Shown here: positions 27,979 through 38,014 of the stretch, piece by piece
Layout: each line of letters starts with the position of its first letter
Numbering within the stretch: position 1 is the first letter of the stretch
NCBI GenBank assembly: GCA_945788625.1
Contig: CALZMQ010000022.1
Location: 30,007-94,006 of the forward strand
From: an uncultured Woeseiaceae bacterium
GTDB lineage: Bacteria; Pseudomonadota; Gammaproteobacteria; Steroidobacterales; Woeseiaceae
DNA: 64,000 nucleotides
Direction: 5' to 3'
Notes under the pieces: model-generated
The model's input: only the letters and a program-made list of their open reading frames with translations
The model's database searches: none
What the model was told of the DNA's origin: nothing
Position numbers and translations under genes: made by a program

Positions 27979-29307
27979 CTATTTGAAAAACGTCTCCATC
28001 TCGTCGTTGAAGGCATCGGCGTCCGAGCTTTGCCGCTGTTCCATGTAATCGATGATCTCGATGGTGTCTTCGTCGACCTCCTCGGTTTCGGCGCTGAGTA
28101 TCGTCGGCGTGATGAGCACTACCGTTTCGGTGTTGACCTTGGTTTGCTCGCGGTTCGAAAACAGGCGCCCGAGGACGGGAATGCGGCCTATTACTGGCAC
28201 TCCGCGTTTGCTTTCCTCAATGCGATGCTTGATGAGTCCGCCGACGAATATGGTTTTGCCGTCCGGCACGATCATTCTGGTCGTTACCTCGGTCGTGGTT
28301 TGCGAGGGAATGCCGGTTATCGGATCGATAATACCGGTACTGACTTCCGGATGGATATCCATCATTACCTTACCGTTTGCATCGACCGACGGGGTTACAC
28401 GGAGAATGACACCCGACTCGAGGAACTCGATGCTCTCGGTCGTTACCTGGTTGATGGTCGTGATGACACTGTAGCCGCGGCGATCGCCGATGATCACCGA
28501 TGATTCCTGGTCTTCGACGGCCAGCAGCTTCGGTGACGACAGGGTGCGCACGCGTCCCTGCGATGTGAGCGCATCCAGTACCGCGGAGATGTCGGTGTTC
28601 GCATAGCTGAAGAACAGTCCCGGGCTACCCGCGTTGCCGAGCCCCTGGGTACCGAACGAGCCGCTGCCACCGTCACTGTCGAAGAATTTCGTCCAGTCGA
28701 GCCCGTACGAGTCCTCGTCGGTGAGCGATACTTCGAGAATCTTGGCCTCGATCAAGATCTGCGTAGGCTGCCTGTCGATTTCGAGCACGAGCGCGGCCGT
28801 CCGATGCAGGAATTCCGGGGTGTCTTCAATCAGAAGAATATTCCTGTCGTTGAAAACAGTGATCTCGCCGTATTCCGAGAGGTAGGGTTGAAGCAGCGAT
28901 TGCATTTCGTCGACAGCGACGTATTGCAGCTCGAAACTTCGGACCTTCGTCAATGTGTCCGGAGCATACTTACCTGCCTCGTCGCGGTCGACAATGAAGT
29001 AGTTACCCTCGTAGTGCTCGACCGCAAGTCCGGCCGCGTTGGCAATTGCGCGAATAGCGTCCGGCAGCGTCATGTCGTAAAGGCTGAAGGAGACTTGTTC
29101 GTTGGAGTCCGTGGAAACGAAGATGTTGACTCGTTGCTCGCGCGAAATCATGTCCATCACGTCAACGAGGTCGGCGTCTCTCATGGTCATGCTGATGCGG
29201 TGCTCGACCTCCTGCGCGCAGGCAAGCGACGAAATCAGGAGGGTTACGGCCAGGAGCCCGTGAACGAAAGTCCTTGTCAGGAAGCCTGGAATTGTATGTC
29301 TACTCAT
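27979..29307 (-). CDS. Secretin (GspD/PilQ/MshL family)
   Basis: C-terminal secretin signature GVPVIGRIPVLGRLFSNREQTKVNTETVVLITPTI, with an N-terminal signal and secretin-N-like domain. Confidence 0.9.
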   Translation of the reverse strand: MSRHTIPGFLTRTFVHGLLAVTLLISSLACAQEVEHRISMTMRDADLVDVMDMISREQRVNIFVSTDSNEQVSFSLYDMTLPDAIRAIANAAGLAVEHYEGNYFIVDRDEAGKYAPDTLTKVRSFELQYVAVDEMQSLLQPYLSEYGEITVFNDRNILLIEDTPEFLHRTAALVLEIDRQPTQILIEAKILEVSLTDEDSYGLDWTKFFDSDGGSGSFGTQGLGNAGSPGLFFSYANTDISAVLDALTSQGRVRTLSSPKLLAVEDQESSVIIGDRRGYSVITTINQVTTESIEFLESGVILRVTPSVDANGKVMMDIHPEVSTGIIDPITGIPSQTTTEVTTRMIVPDGKTIFVGGLIKHRIEESKRGVPVIGRIPVLGRLFSNREQTKVNTETVVLITPTILSAETEEVDEDTIEIIDYMEQRQSSDADAFNDEMETFFK

Positions 29308-29668
29308 TGTCTTCTGCCAAGTTCGGTCTCACGTACACGGTTATCGTTCTGCTGTCTCGTTTGAAAACGGCGTATTCTTCATGGACGGCGACCAGGACGT
29401 AACCTTGAATCTCGTCGCCCGGTTTGAGGATTCGTCCCGCGACGTTCGCGAGCTCGCTGACTTTGCCCACCATGGTGGCTTGCAATTCCAGGGCGACGCC
29501 GGTGTCGTCACCCCGTTCGATGGGGCCACGCTCGCTGCGAATGACTTCGGACGGCGGCCTCGAAAACGGATTGTGCGCAAGGGCGGGCGGCTCGTCGGCC
29601 GCGTGCGCAATCGGAAGCAAAGCGGACAATACCGCAAGGCCGATTGCCCGATAAGCCGCGACCGTCAT
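29300..29668 (-). CDS. PilP/MshK/GspC-HR-like small periplasmic protein
   Basis: Signal peptide, then LQATMVGKVSELANVAGRILKPGDEIQGYVLVAVHEEYAVF, which resembles the PilP/GspC HR beta-domain. Sits immediately upstream of the secretin with an 8-nt overlap. Confidence 0.5.
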   Translation of the reverse strand: MTVAAYRAIGLAVLSALLPIAHAADEPPALAHNPFSRPPSEVIRSERGPIERGDDTGVALELQATMVGKVSELANVAGRILKPGDEIQGYVLVAVHEEYAVFKRDSRTITVYVRPNLAEDNE

Positions 29669-30222
29669 TCCTGCACCCGGTACGAAGCAAGGCTGACCTC
29701 GGCAAGCAGTTTCGGATTGTCGTCAATGGCGTCGCGCCGGCTCATTCCGTACTCCTTGACAACGACGAATCCGAGCTCGTTCTTCGCATCCCAAAGCCAG
29801 CGATAAATATTGTCGTACTCGCCGACCAGTTCGATATTGAAAAGAATCTCGCTGAATACCTGTACCTGCTGCCCCAGGGCCGGCTTCACGCTGACGAGCT
29901 CGACGTCGTTTCGCCACGAGATGTTCTGCAGCCGCCCGATGACGTATGACTCGACCTGCTTCAGGGGAAGGTTGGCCATATCCCCGTGCAGCCGGAACTT
30001 GAGATCTTCGATCTTTGCGTGGCGTTCCTGCAGTTGCTGCTCGAGATTGGCGCTGTTTTGCCGGGCGCCCTCGAGAACGGCAACGGCCCTGGACGTCGCC
30101 CGATACTCCTTGACGACGGGGAGCAGTGCAGCGGTCACCGCGATCGATGTGAGTACCAGGCCAAGCCCCAGGAGAAGCATTCGAAACTCGCGCTCGCCGA
30201 GCTTTTTCAGGGACGACAACAT
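29665..30222 (-). CDS. PilO/GspM/MshJ-like bitopic inner-membrane protein
   Basis: N-terminal TM helix, a coiled coil, then a ferredoxin-like C-terminus. Called from position and architecture. Confidence 0.6.
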   Translation of the reverse strand: MLSSLKKLGEREFRMLLLGLGLVLTSIAVTAALLPVVKEYRATSRAVAVLEGARQNSANLEQQLQERHAKIEDLKFRLHGDMANLPLKQVESYVIGRLQNISWRNDVELVSVKPALGQQVQVFSEILFNIELVGEYDNIYRWLWDAKNELGFVVVKEYGMSRRDAIDDNPKLLAEVSLASYRVQE

Positions 30223-30878
30223 CAGGCACCCTCGATGTCGCTGTTGAGAATAATCGTCAGGTCAAAGCTGACGACGCGGCCGTTCGCATAGTCGATCAGG
30301 GAGGTCCTTTGCACGCTGACGTCCTTGATGTCGGGCTGCTCGAACAGCGAGCGCACGAACGTCGACAACGCCTGGTGATCACGCGCCTGACCTTCCAGCG
30401 ACATATGGGTTTCAACCTGCCAGTCAACTGCTTCGTTGCTGCGATCTTCGGCCGGCACGATCACGAAATAGCCGGTCTCGATGCCGCGCGTCTTTCCGTC
30501 GACGACAACACCGGCTCTGCGGAAGCTCCAATCGACGAACCAGAGATCATCGTCGACCAAAGCGCGGTCGATGATCCTGAAAATATCTTCCACGGCAGCA
30601 CCCGCGCGCAGTCCGCGCAGTTGGGACCAGCGTTGCTCGTATTCTGATTGCCGGGCCGACAGTTGCTCCAGCTGACCCTGCTGTTGCTCTGTAATTGCGC
30701 TCTGCGATTTGAGTTCCTGTACGCGTTCGCTTGCCTGCCGTGACAGGTGTGCGAAAAAGCCGGTGGACGAGAGAATGACGACGTTCAGCACAACAAACGC
30801 GATGAGGTACTGGCGCATCATCGAGCGCCGATTGATCCAGTCTCGGTAATCTTGCGGGATCAGGTCGAGTTCAGCCAC
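30222..30878 (-). CDS. PilN-like (fimbrial assembly/GspL C-terminal half-like) protein
   Basis: LDLIPQDYRD matches the PilN INLLP motif, followed by a TM helix and a coiled coil. Confidence 0.6.
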   Translation of the reverse strand: MAELDLIPQDYRDWINRRSMMRQYLIAFVVLNVVILSSTGFFAHLSRQASERVQELKSQSAITEQQQGQLEQLSARQSEYEQRWSQLRGLRAGAAVEDIFRIIDRALVDDDLWFVDWSFRRAGVVVDGKTRGIETGYFVIVPAEDRSNEAVDWQVETHMSLEGQARDHQALSTFVRSLFEQPDIKDVSVQRTSLIDYANGRVVSFDLTIILNSDIEGA

Positions 30879-32040
30879 GGTCCGTTATCCCCCGTAGCGC
30901 AAGTCCCGTTGCCACGGCGATCTCGGGCGCGGAGCCGCTGGCGTCGGCACGCGCTGCTTTGTCGCTGGCAGGGAATAGCGACAAGGGATCGGGAATTTTC
31001 GAAACTTCCGATCCGGTCAGCGAGCTCAAGAGTTGGTCCGAGCCCGGCCAGCGCGCAATACTTCCCAGCAAATACACCCTGGTAACGCCGCGGCCGCGCG
31101 TTTCGGACGCGGCATACAGAAACGCGCGCTTGATTTCCTCGACGAGTTTCAGGAACTGCGGTTTGAGAATCTCCGACAAGGTATTGAACAGTCCGCTTTC
31201 ATCGATCGCGTCGGATACGACATCGCTGTTCCCGGTTGATTGCACCCCAGTGCGGACGACCAGTTGTCGTGCTGTCTCCTCCGGCATGTCGAGCGTCTCG
31301 CAGATATGCTGGATGAGGCTCTGTTCGCCGACCGCGACTTCCTGGTCGAACAACAAGTCGTTCCCCGATATCAGGGTCAGGTAACTGGCGCGTCTGCCCG
31401 AGTTGATGACGAGAGTATTGGCCGAATCCGATTCGCCGGACATCGCTCGGGCCAGGCGGCTAATCGCCAGCGGCCCGATCTCCAGTGCGGAAACATCCAG
31501 GCCCGCCTTGCGCGCCAATTCCAGGTAGTTGACGACGGGCTCGCGCTCACTGACGGCAACGAGGGCCAGCCGTTCGTCGCTCTTCGAACGGCCCCGCACC
31601 GGCATGTAATCGAGGACGTAATTGCCGAGGTCGCCGTCCAGCCGGTCCTTCATGATGCGTACGATCGCTGCGGCTTCGTTCTTCTCCCCGCCGGCGACCT
31701 GGTAGTTGATTGACACGGTGCGGAACATGCCGGAGGGCATTGCGAGCACCGCCTTGTTGCCGTAAAAGCGGTCCGAATCCAGCGCCTTCCTGACCAGGGA
31801 CCGGAATCGCTGCGGCTGTTCCAGCAGCTCGCGGCGCGAGCCGCCGATGTCCACAGAGGCTCTGGCCCGCACGACGGGCGCGTTTTCGCCGGACCGCTCG
31901 AGTTGCACGAGGTGAACTGCTTCCAGCGCAACGTCCAGCCCGATGGGACCGACCTGCACGGCTGAAGAGCGCCGAAAACTCGTCGCAGACAACGCATTGC
32001 TCAGGAAGTTTCTAACGGCCAAGGCTTCGCCCCACTGCAA
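30871..32040 (-). CDS. PilM-like actin-fold assembly protein (GspL cytoplasmic-domain equivalent)
   Basis: GLDVALEAVHLVQLERSG resembles the PilM GIDIGSSSIKLVEL motif, with actin/FtsA-like length. The TTG start is uncertain. Confidence 0.7.
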   Translation of the reverse strand: MQWGEALAVRNFLSNALSATSFRRSSAVQVGPIGLDVALEAVHLVQLERSGENAPVVRARASVDIGGSRRELLEQPQRFRSLVRKALDSDRFYGNKAVLAMPSGMFRTVSINYQVAGGEKNEAAAIVRIMKDRLDGDLGNYVLDYMPVRGRSKSDERLALVAVSEREPVVNYLELARKAGLDVSALEIGPLAISRLARAMSGESDSANTLVINSGRRASYLTLISGNDLLFDQEVAVGEQSLIQHICETLDMPEETARQLVVRTGVQSTGNSDVVSDAIDESGLFNTLSEILKPQFLKLVEEIKRAFLYAASETRGRGVTRVYLLGSIARWPGSDQLLSSLTGSEVSKIPDPLSLFPASDKAARADASGSAPEIAVATGLALRGITDRG

Positions 32041-32127
32041 AATGACAGCTATCTCTAAATACAGCGGCCGAAAACGTTAAATCTTTAATATTTAGCGGTT
32101 TTTTCGACCCCAATTACCCCGGTATTG

Positions 32128-35100
32128 CTAGGGCGCGCAGGTGATTTCGACGTTGTCGAACCAGACCTTGTTGCTGTTGCTCATACCGCTGTTCGGCGTC
32201 CGGAAACGAATGCGGGTACTCGAGCTCAGTGAGCCTGCGTTCAGCGGGTAGCTGGCGCCGGTATAAGATCCATCGGTCGCCGTACCGATAAAGCGATCGA
32301 GCTCCGACCAATTATCCCCGCCGTCGTAGGAGACCTCGACGGCGACGTAGTCGTTGCTGCCACTCAGGTTCTGGCGACGATAGTCAAAGCTCAGCGTCGC
32401 ACTCGTGGCACCGCTCAGGTCGGCCTCGCGCCACACGGTCTGGCCATCGTCGCGAACCTGCAGCTGGTAGTTGCTGATGTCATTAGCAATTTGAATATCG
32501 CCGCCGGAGGCGCTGGTTGCTTCGCCGGTCTCCTGCCAATCGGTCTTCCAGTTCGTCGAGCCGCCGCCGTAGTTCACGGCATCGAAACTATCGGTGAAGG
32601 GACCATTACAGCCGCCACCACCACCACCGCCGCTACCACCGCCAGCGGTGAATAAATCGGAAACCTCCGTTGCGCTCATCGGATAATCGTAGAGCCGAAT
32701 GTCGTCGAGCATCCCCGGCCAGTAGGTGCCGGCGTCGGGGGTTCCCCCTATCGTGAGCGGTTCGGTATTCGGCAGCGGGTGGTATGGCGTTGTGGTGTTG
32801 TATATCGATGTCCCGTCGACATAAATGTTGATGTCACCTGTGGTGTCATCAAGCGTCGCGGCGACGTGATACCACTGGTTGGTCGTTAGATTCGCGTTGG
32901 TGGTTTGAAACAGCTTCATTCCCGAGCCGTCGTTGAACGCAAATACAATTTCGTCGCTCCAGGTGGTGAGCTGATAGTTCGCTTGCTGCTTCTTTCGTAC
33001 CATCGTCTGGTATACGTTATTCAGAGCGGACGTTTTCAGCCAAAGACTGATCGTCATGTCGGTCAGCGAGAGTGCATCGTCGTGCGGCACATTGACGTAA
33101 TCATCGTTGCCCGGAAAACTAAGCGCATCACCGAGCTGACCTGCCACCCACACCGGGCCATTCGCCAGCGTTCCGTCGTGGCCGCCCTCGGAATCGATTG
33201 CCGTTAGTCCCGTGCCATCATCCAGTTTCCAATGCGCGATCGGACCTGTCGTGGTGGTTTCGGCCGCCAGCGTGGCAATTTCGACGGCGCTCAAGGCGAC
33301 ATCGTAGATGCGCAGGTCATCGAACTTGCCGTGGTAATCGCTGACCCATTGAGGATTTCCGAGTCGCAGGTTGCCGGTATTTGTTGGCGGTGTGAGACCT
33401 GTCGTGTCGCTCAGTACCTCTGTTCCGTCGAGATAGAGCCTGACGGCGTCACCAGAGTTATCGAATACACCGGCGATGTGATACCAGGTTCCTGACTGTA
33501 AGCCGAGTCCGGTGGTCTTGAATTCGATCCAGGCGCCGTCGTACCAGCCAAACGCGAGGTCCCCGTCAACCGTGCCGAAAAAGTAGTTGGAGTCGTAACC
33601 GACCTGGCCCTTATTGAAAATCTGATCGTAATAATCAACGGATGATTTGTTGATCCACGCAGTCAATGTGAATGCATCAGTGAGAGATAGCGATTCATCG
33701 TGCGGTACGACAATTACGTCGTCGACGCCATCGATATCCAGGGCACCATCGAGATAACCTGTACTCCAGGCCGGGCCGTTCTGCAGAGTGCCATTGTGTC
33801 CACCTACTGAATCGAGGGCCGTCGTGCCACTTGTCTCGTCCAGCTTCCAATGTGCAATCGGTCCTGTGTCCGTACTGCCTGCCCCCCACTCGATGGCGCG
33901 CTGCATAATCGTGAGACCGTCATCGGTGAGGAGATTGACGTCGAAATTGTACGATCCCCACGGTAATTTCACGCGGCGCGCCGGCGCCGGCGTACTGTCG
34001 TTGCGTAGCTCTCCGGATTCGAGATAAGCAAGACCCGGGTCGGTTCCACTCAGTTCGCCGAGGACATGCAGGTCGACAGCCAGCGTTCCCTGCAGCACCC
34101 ACATGGACTGGATCGCGGTGGAGAGTTGCACATTGCCGATAGCCAACGTCTCTGTAATGTAGTGAGAATTGTCAGTGAGGTTTATCGAGTCGGTATCGAC
34201 GAACGGGAACAGCGCGAAACCGCCAAGCAGCAACGCGCGCCTGGCCTCTTCTGTAATTACACCAACCGCGAGGTTATCCGCTTTATTGCCAAGCTCGTTC
34301 ATCGGCGTAGTGCCGAGCTCCGGAATGTAGACTACGTCGACTGCTCCTGCTGCCGTATCAAAGGCGGCCTGCGTGTCGGCCGTGGCGATCAGCGATATCG
34401 TGTGCCCCCAGCCCTCCATAAGAGCCTTTTTGTCGGCTTGCTCGATGGTCAGGTTGGCAGTATCACCCACGACCAGCAGGACCTTTTTGCCGTTGCTGGC
34501 CTTGCCCGCCCCCATCGCCCAGTCCAGCGAACGCTGCATAATCAATTGACCGCTGTTGTTGACCTCGGTCCAATCGATCTGCGTGTCGCGCCCGAACGGC
34601 AACATGACACGCCGCCCTGCGGCTGTTCCGCCGGTGGCGGACTTCGCGCCCGCGTCCAGCAAGGTAATCGTCAAACCGCCGCCCCAATCGGCCAGAGACC
34701 GTGCGTCGGGCGCGGGTGTTCCACCGATGGTCAGTCCACCCATGTCGGCGTTGTAGATCTCCAGTGCACCTGCAGCGAACGGCGCCGTGATGTAGTGGTC
34801 AGTATCGGTAACGGTAATACTCCGACCAACGGGCCAGCTACTCGAATTGCCCAATTCGAAGCCGAGTTCATCGTTCATCCAGCCATCTTCGTTGACCACG
34901 CCGATGGGCACGTCGCTCACCTTGGTGCCCAGACTGGTCGGATCGACGGTCTCCGATATATACACGACATCGCGGTCAGCAAGCTTGGTCTCATAGGAGT
35001 TCGCGCCGGCGCCATCGTTTATTACCTCCACGCTGTAGCCCCAGGCCTCGAAAAGAGCTTTCTTGTAGGCGTCTTGCGGATCGCTGAGGTTCGACTCCGC

Positions 35101-36603
35101 TACGATCATCAGGATGTTGCCGCTACCGCGTGGTGCGAGGCAGGCGTTACCGCACTCGCAGGCATAGGTGATTGTCAGCTTCGGACGGAGCGTGTAATCG
35201 CTGGTCTCGCGGGAGGCGAACTTTGCCTGCCTCAGACCGTCGGTGCTCCGGATCAGGAGACCATTGTTGGCCGTGCCATTCAGCCAGGCATTAGCCAGTG
35301 AGGTGACGTCCCAGGACACCCAACCGCTGGATGCGTCGATATTCGCTGTTGCAACGGGCGCCGGGTCAAAATCGCCGCCCGGCGAAGTCCAGGCAGCCGA
35401 TCCGTCGTGTGTTGACCAGGTCGCGCCATCGGCCACGCCCCCGCCGGTTCGTGTGCCCTCAACAAAGCGCTGTGTAAGCCGATGGACAGTGGCCGTGCCA
35501 GCGGTGTTAGTGGCCGAATTATTGAGTTGCAGCGTCGCCGTGAGGACTTTAGCTCCATACGGCAGGGTGGCAAGGTTGAACCTGAGCAACGGGTACTGCT
35601 GCCAATTTGACTCGTCATTGATCTGCAGGTAGTCGGCTCCGCCGTAATTGCGCTCATAGAACGAGTCTATCAGCGCATCCGCGCCGGAGTCGGCACCGAG
35701 CTGCAGTGTTACGGTTCCTGGCGCCTGGTAGGCGGCGGCAAGCTTATCCTTCAACTTCCGGGCGACGCCATTATCGAGCTTGCCCGTTGCTTTGATCGTA
35801 ACGGGCGATGCCGGCCCGCTGCCGACGACCACCTCGAGGCGTGGCGGATTCGTGCCATCTTCGCGCGACGTGTACTCGGTGTGCGTTCCGTCGGCTTGCG
35901 GGTTGAACAGGATGCCGTAGTTCGGTTGGCCGTTGATCCAGGCCTGAACCTGGGCTGTCAGGTTTATCCCCACCCACACGTCGCCCGTATCCTGGGCGGA
36001 TATCATGCCGATGGGGCTGCTGCCGTAAGCACCGGCGAATGACTCCCATGTGACGGTTGTTTCGGTCCAATCCGCGGTGATTTCGTGAATTGTTATCGGG
36101 CCTTCCGGATGCATTTTGCCGGCCTTGATGTGGAACCAGGCAATCGCTGAACTGATCTGCGCCTTGGCGGCAATGGAGGAAACGTCGAAGCGCGTCAGTA
36201 CCAGTTCGGTTCCGGCAGCCTCGCGCCTGACGTGATTCCACGTGGTCTTGCCGTTGTTCATCGAAACAGCGTCGCTGCGTATCCAGGCATCCTTATCAGC
36301 AGTAAATGAGAGTGCCGTACCCGGCGCTGCACCAGTAATCGTCGCGTTGTAGCTATCGGCGCCGAGCGAGGTGTCAGGAATCGTTACGTCGCCCATGCAG
36401 GCGTTGTTCTGCGCGCGCCACAGCGCATGCTGCGATCCGGCTTGTGCCACATAGTCCACACGTGCTGCGTCAAGCTCTCCGGACGATGCGTTTGCGCTTA
36501 CCGCGGAGTCGTAGTTCAACAGCAGCGAGATCGACGCAACCAGAAACAACATCACGACTACGGTGATGAGAAGATAGCCGCGTTGCTGAGTGCGTGTGCT
36601 CAC
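32128..36603 (-). CDS. 1491-aa GspK/PilX-like minor pseudopilin fused to DNRLRE-like, LamG/ConA-like and other modules (MshQ-like adhesin candidate)
   Basis: N-terminus QRGYLLITVVVMLFLVASISLL is a pseudopilin-type helix without Glu5, as in GspK. Two DNRLRE-like units (LTRFDVSS..., LLRFNLATLP..., WDVTSLANAWLNGTANNGLLI). Two duplicated alpha/beta modules. Two LamG units (GPIAHWKLDETSGTTALDSVGGHNGTL..., GPIAHWKLDDGTGLTAIDSEGGHDGTL...). A poly-Gly linker and a C-terminal beta module. GTGA overlap with the upstream pilin gene. Confidence 0.8.
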   Translation of the reverse strand: MSTRTQQRGYLLITVVVMLFLVASISLLLNYDSAVSANASSGELDAARVDYVAQAGSQHALWRAQNNACMGDVTIPDTSLGADSYNATITGAAPGTALSFTADKDAWIRSDAVSMNNGKTTWNHVRREAAGTELVLTRFDVSSIAAKAQISSAIAWFHIKAGKMHPEGPITIHEITADWTETTVTWESFAGAYGSSPIGMISAQDTGDVWVGINLTAQVQAWINGQPNYGILFNPQADGTHTEYTSREDGTNPPRLEVVVGSGPASPVTIKATGKLDNGVARKLKDKLAAAYQAPGTVTLQLGADSGADALIDSFYERNYGGADYLQINDESNWQQYPLLRFNLATLPYGAKVLTATLQLNNSATNTAGTATVHRLTQRFVEGTRTGGGVADGATWSTHDGSAAWTSPGGDFDPAPVATANIDASSGWVSWDVTSLANAWLNGTANNGLLIRSTDGLRQAKFASRETSDYTLRPKLTITYACECGNACLAPRGSGNILMIVAESNLSDPQDAYKKALFEAWGYSVEVINDGAGANSYETKLADRDVVYISETVDPTSLGTKVSDVPIGVVNEDGWMNDELGFELGNSSSWPVGRSITVTDTDHYITAPFAAGALEIYNADMGGLTIGGTPAPDARSLADWGGGLTITLLDAGAKSATGGTAAGRRVMLPFGRDTQIDWTEVNNSGQLIMQRSLDWAMGAGKASNGKKVLLVVGDTANLTIEQADKKALMEGWGHTISLIATADTQAAFDTAAGAVDVVYIPELGTTPMNELGNKADNLAVGVITEEARRALLLGGFALFPFVDTDSINLTDNSHYITETLAIGNVQLSTAIQSMWVLQGTLAVDLHVLGELSGTDPGLAYLESGELRNDSTPAPARRVKLPWGSYNFDVNLLTDDGLTIMQRAIEWGAGSTDTGPIAHWKLDETSGTTALDSVGGHNGTLQNGPAWSTGYLDGALDIDGVDDVIVVPHDESLSLTDAFTLTAWINKSSVDYYDQIFNKGQVGYDSNYFFGTVDGDLAFGWYDGAWIEFKTTGLGLQSGTWYHIAGVFDNSGDAVRLYLDGTEVLSDTTGLTPPTNTGNLRLGNPQWVSDYHGKFDDLRIYDVALSAVEIATLAAETTTTGPIAHWKLDDGTGLTAIDSEGGHDGTLANGPVWVAGQLGDALSFPGNDDYVNVPHDDALSLTDMTISLWLKTSALNNVYQTMVRKKQQANYQLTTWSDEIVFAFNDGSGMKLFQTTNANLTTNQWYHVAATLDDTTGDINIYVDGTSIYNTTTPYHPLPNTEPLTIGGTPDAGTYWPGMLDDIRLYDYPMSATEVSDLFTAGGGSGGGGGGGCNGPFTDSFDAVNYGGGSTNWKTDWQETGEATSASGGDIQIANDISNYQLQVRDDGQTVWREADLSGATSATLSFDYRRQNLSGSNDYVAVEVSYDGGDNWSELDRFIGTATDGSYTGASYPLNAGSLSSSTRIRFRTPNSGMSNSNKVWFDNVEITCAP

Positions 36604-37583
36604 AACATACCGCCCACCCGGACCCGGGCGCCGAGGCTGACGACGGCGCCGCCCGGACCCGTGAGTTCGAGTTCGATGGCGACCAGTTGCGGGGAACCGG
36701 CAGCAGAGGGAATTCGTTCGACGCGAAATCGCGTCACGTTTTCCGCGATCACGGATTCTACGAAGTCACGGCCGTCGACAGGGCCGTCTGGTACGCTGAT
36801 GCCGTCCTCGTTCCACGGCACGGGCATACGCTCGATCAACGACGAGCCGTCGAGGTAGTAGACGACCGGGTCGTAGGGGTCGTCAAACGAGCCGCCGTCT
36901 TCATCGTCGTCATCGTTCGTGCCGTCGTCGATCGTAGCGTCGGAATCGTCATCGACACCGCAGCGGCCGGGACAACCGTCTCCGTTGTTGTCGCTGGGCG
37001 GATCCTCATCGATGCTACCGTCGCCGTCGTTGTCGATGCCGTCCAGAGGATCCTCGTTTTGAGCGCCGTCTTCGTCGTCCTCGGCCCAGCCGGATCCATC
37101 GTCCACGGTGCCGTCACCGTCGTCGTCGATCAGCATGATCCCCGGCTGGAAGTCGTGGTGAATGTCGTTCGGGAGGTCCTCGTCGATCAGGCCGTCCCTG
37201 TCATCGTCAGCGTCGGGGAACCCGTCTGCGTCGAGATCGATGGACACGGGTAAGGTAATCGCCAGCACTGCCGTCGCGAGTGTGCTGTTGCCGACAGGGG
37301 CAGAAGGAGGCACGGTCTGTTCACGAAAATTCTCGGGCCAGTTCGTCGCCGGGTTGTCGGCGAGCGGCAGCAGCAGGCGACGCGACTCGCTGCTGACTCT
37401 CACCATTCGGTTGAGCCCAAAGCGTGCGTCTCGAAGCAGTTGATTCCGCTCTGCAACGAGTTCGTCGGTGCCCAGTGCATGCTTGGCGATACTTGCGACG
37501 GCGCCGAGCACAAGTCCGGCGAGCAGCATTGCGACCAGGAGCTCGACGAGCGTGAATCCGGATTGTCGTTTTCCGCGGCGCAT
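36600..37583 (-). CDS. Minor (pseudo)pilin, GspJ/PilW position, with an acidic DxDxDG calcium-binding-type repeat region
   Basis: Prepilin motif QSGFTLVELLVAMLLAG. The central region reads DLDADGFPDADDDRDGLIDED...DDDGDGTVDD...DNDGDGSIDED... Confidence 0.8.
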   Translation of the reverse strand: MRRGKRQSGFTLVELLVAMLLAGLVLGAVASIAKHALGTDELVAERNQLLRDARFGLNRMVRVSSESRRLLLPLADNPATNWPENFREQTVPPSAPVGNSTLATAVLAITLPVSIDLDADGFPDADDDRDGLIDEDLPNDIHHDFQPGIMLIDDDGDGTVDDGSGWAEDDEDGAQNEDPLDGIDNDGDGSIDEDPPSDNNGDGCPGRCGVDDDSDATIDDGTNDDDDEDGGSFDDPYDPVVYYLDGSSLIERMPVPWNEDGISVPDGPVDGRDFVESVIAENVTRFRVERIPSAAGSPQLVAIELELTGPGGAVVSLGARVRVGGML

Positions 37584-37585
37584 GG

Positions 37586-38014
37586 CTAGAAACCACGTGC
37601 GGTCACGGTCTGAATCGAGTGTACGGTCCCTTCGATTTCGACTCGGATCCAGACGAGATCCGCATCGCCGCCGGTAAACGTGTCGTTGTCGGCATCCGCG
37701 TTGTCGCCGTCATAGAGAGACAGATAGACGAGCAAGCGGACAGGCGGTCCGGCTGGATCGGAATAGCTACTGGGTGTTGTCGGCGCGCCCGCAGCGATCG
37801 CCGCATCCGACAGATCCGCAAACGGCTCGGCGAGCAGTTCCTCGAGTCGCGAGGACAATCGATAATGTCCTGACGCGAGACTCGCGTGAATATCGGTGCC
37901 AACGACGCTGGTCTGCAATGCGTGCATGGCCGGCACCAGGGCGATCGCCAGCAATGCTATCGCGATCAGCACTTCGATTAGCGTAAGACCGCTCTCCATT
38001 CGTCGTACCGTCAC
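37586..38014 (-). CDS. Minor (pseudo)pilin, GspI/PilV-like
   Basis: Prepilin motif ESGLTLIEVLIAIALLAIAL. 142 aa. Confidence 0.75.
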   Translation of the reverse strand: MTVRRMESGLTLIEVLIAIALLAIALVPAMHALQTSVVGTDIHASLASGHYRLSSRLEELLAEPFADLSDAAIAAGAPTTPSSYSDPAGPPVRLLVYLSLYDGDNADADNDTFTGGDADLVWIRVEIEGTVHSIQTVTARGF

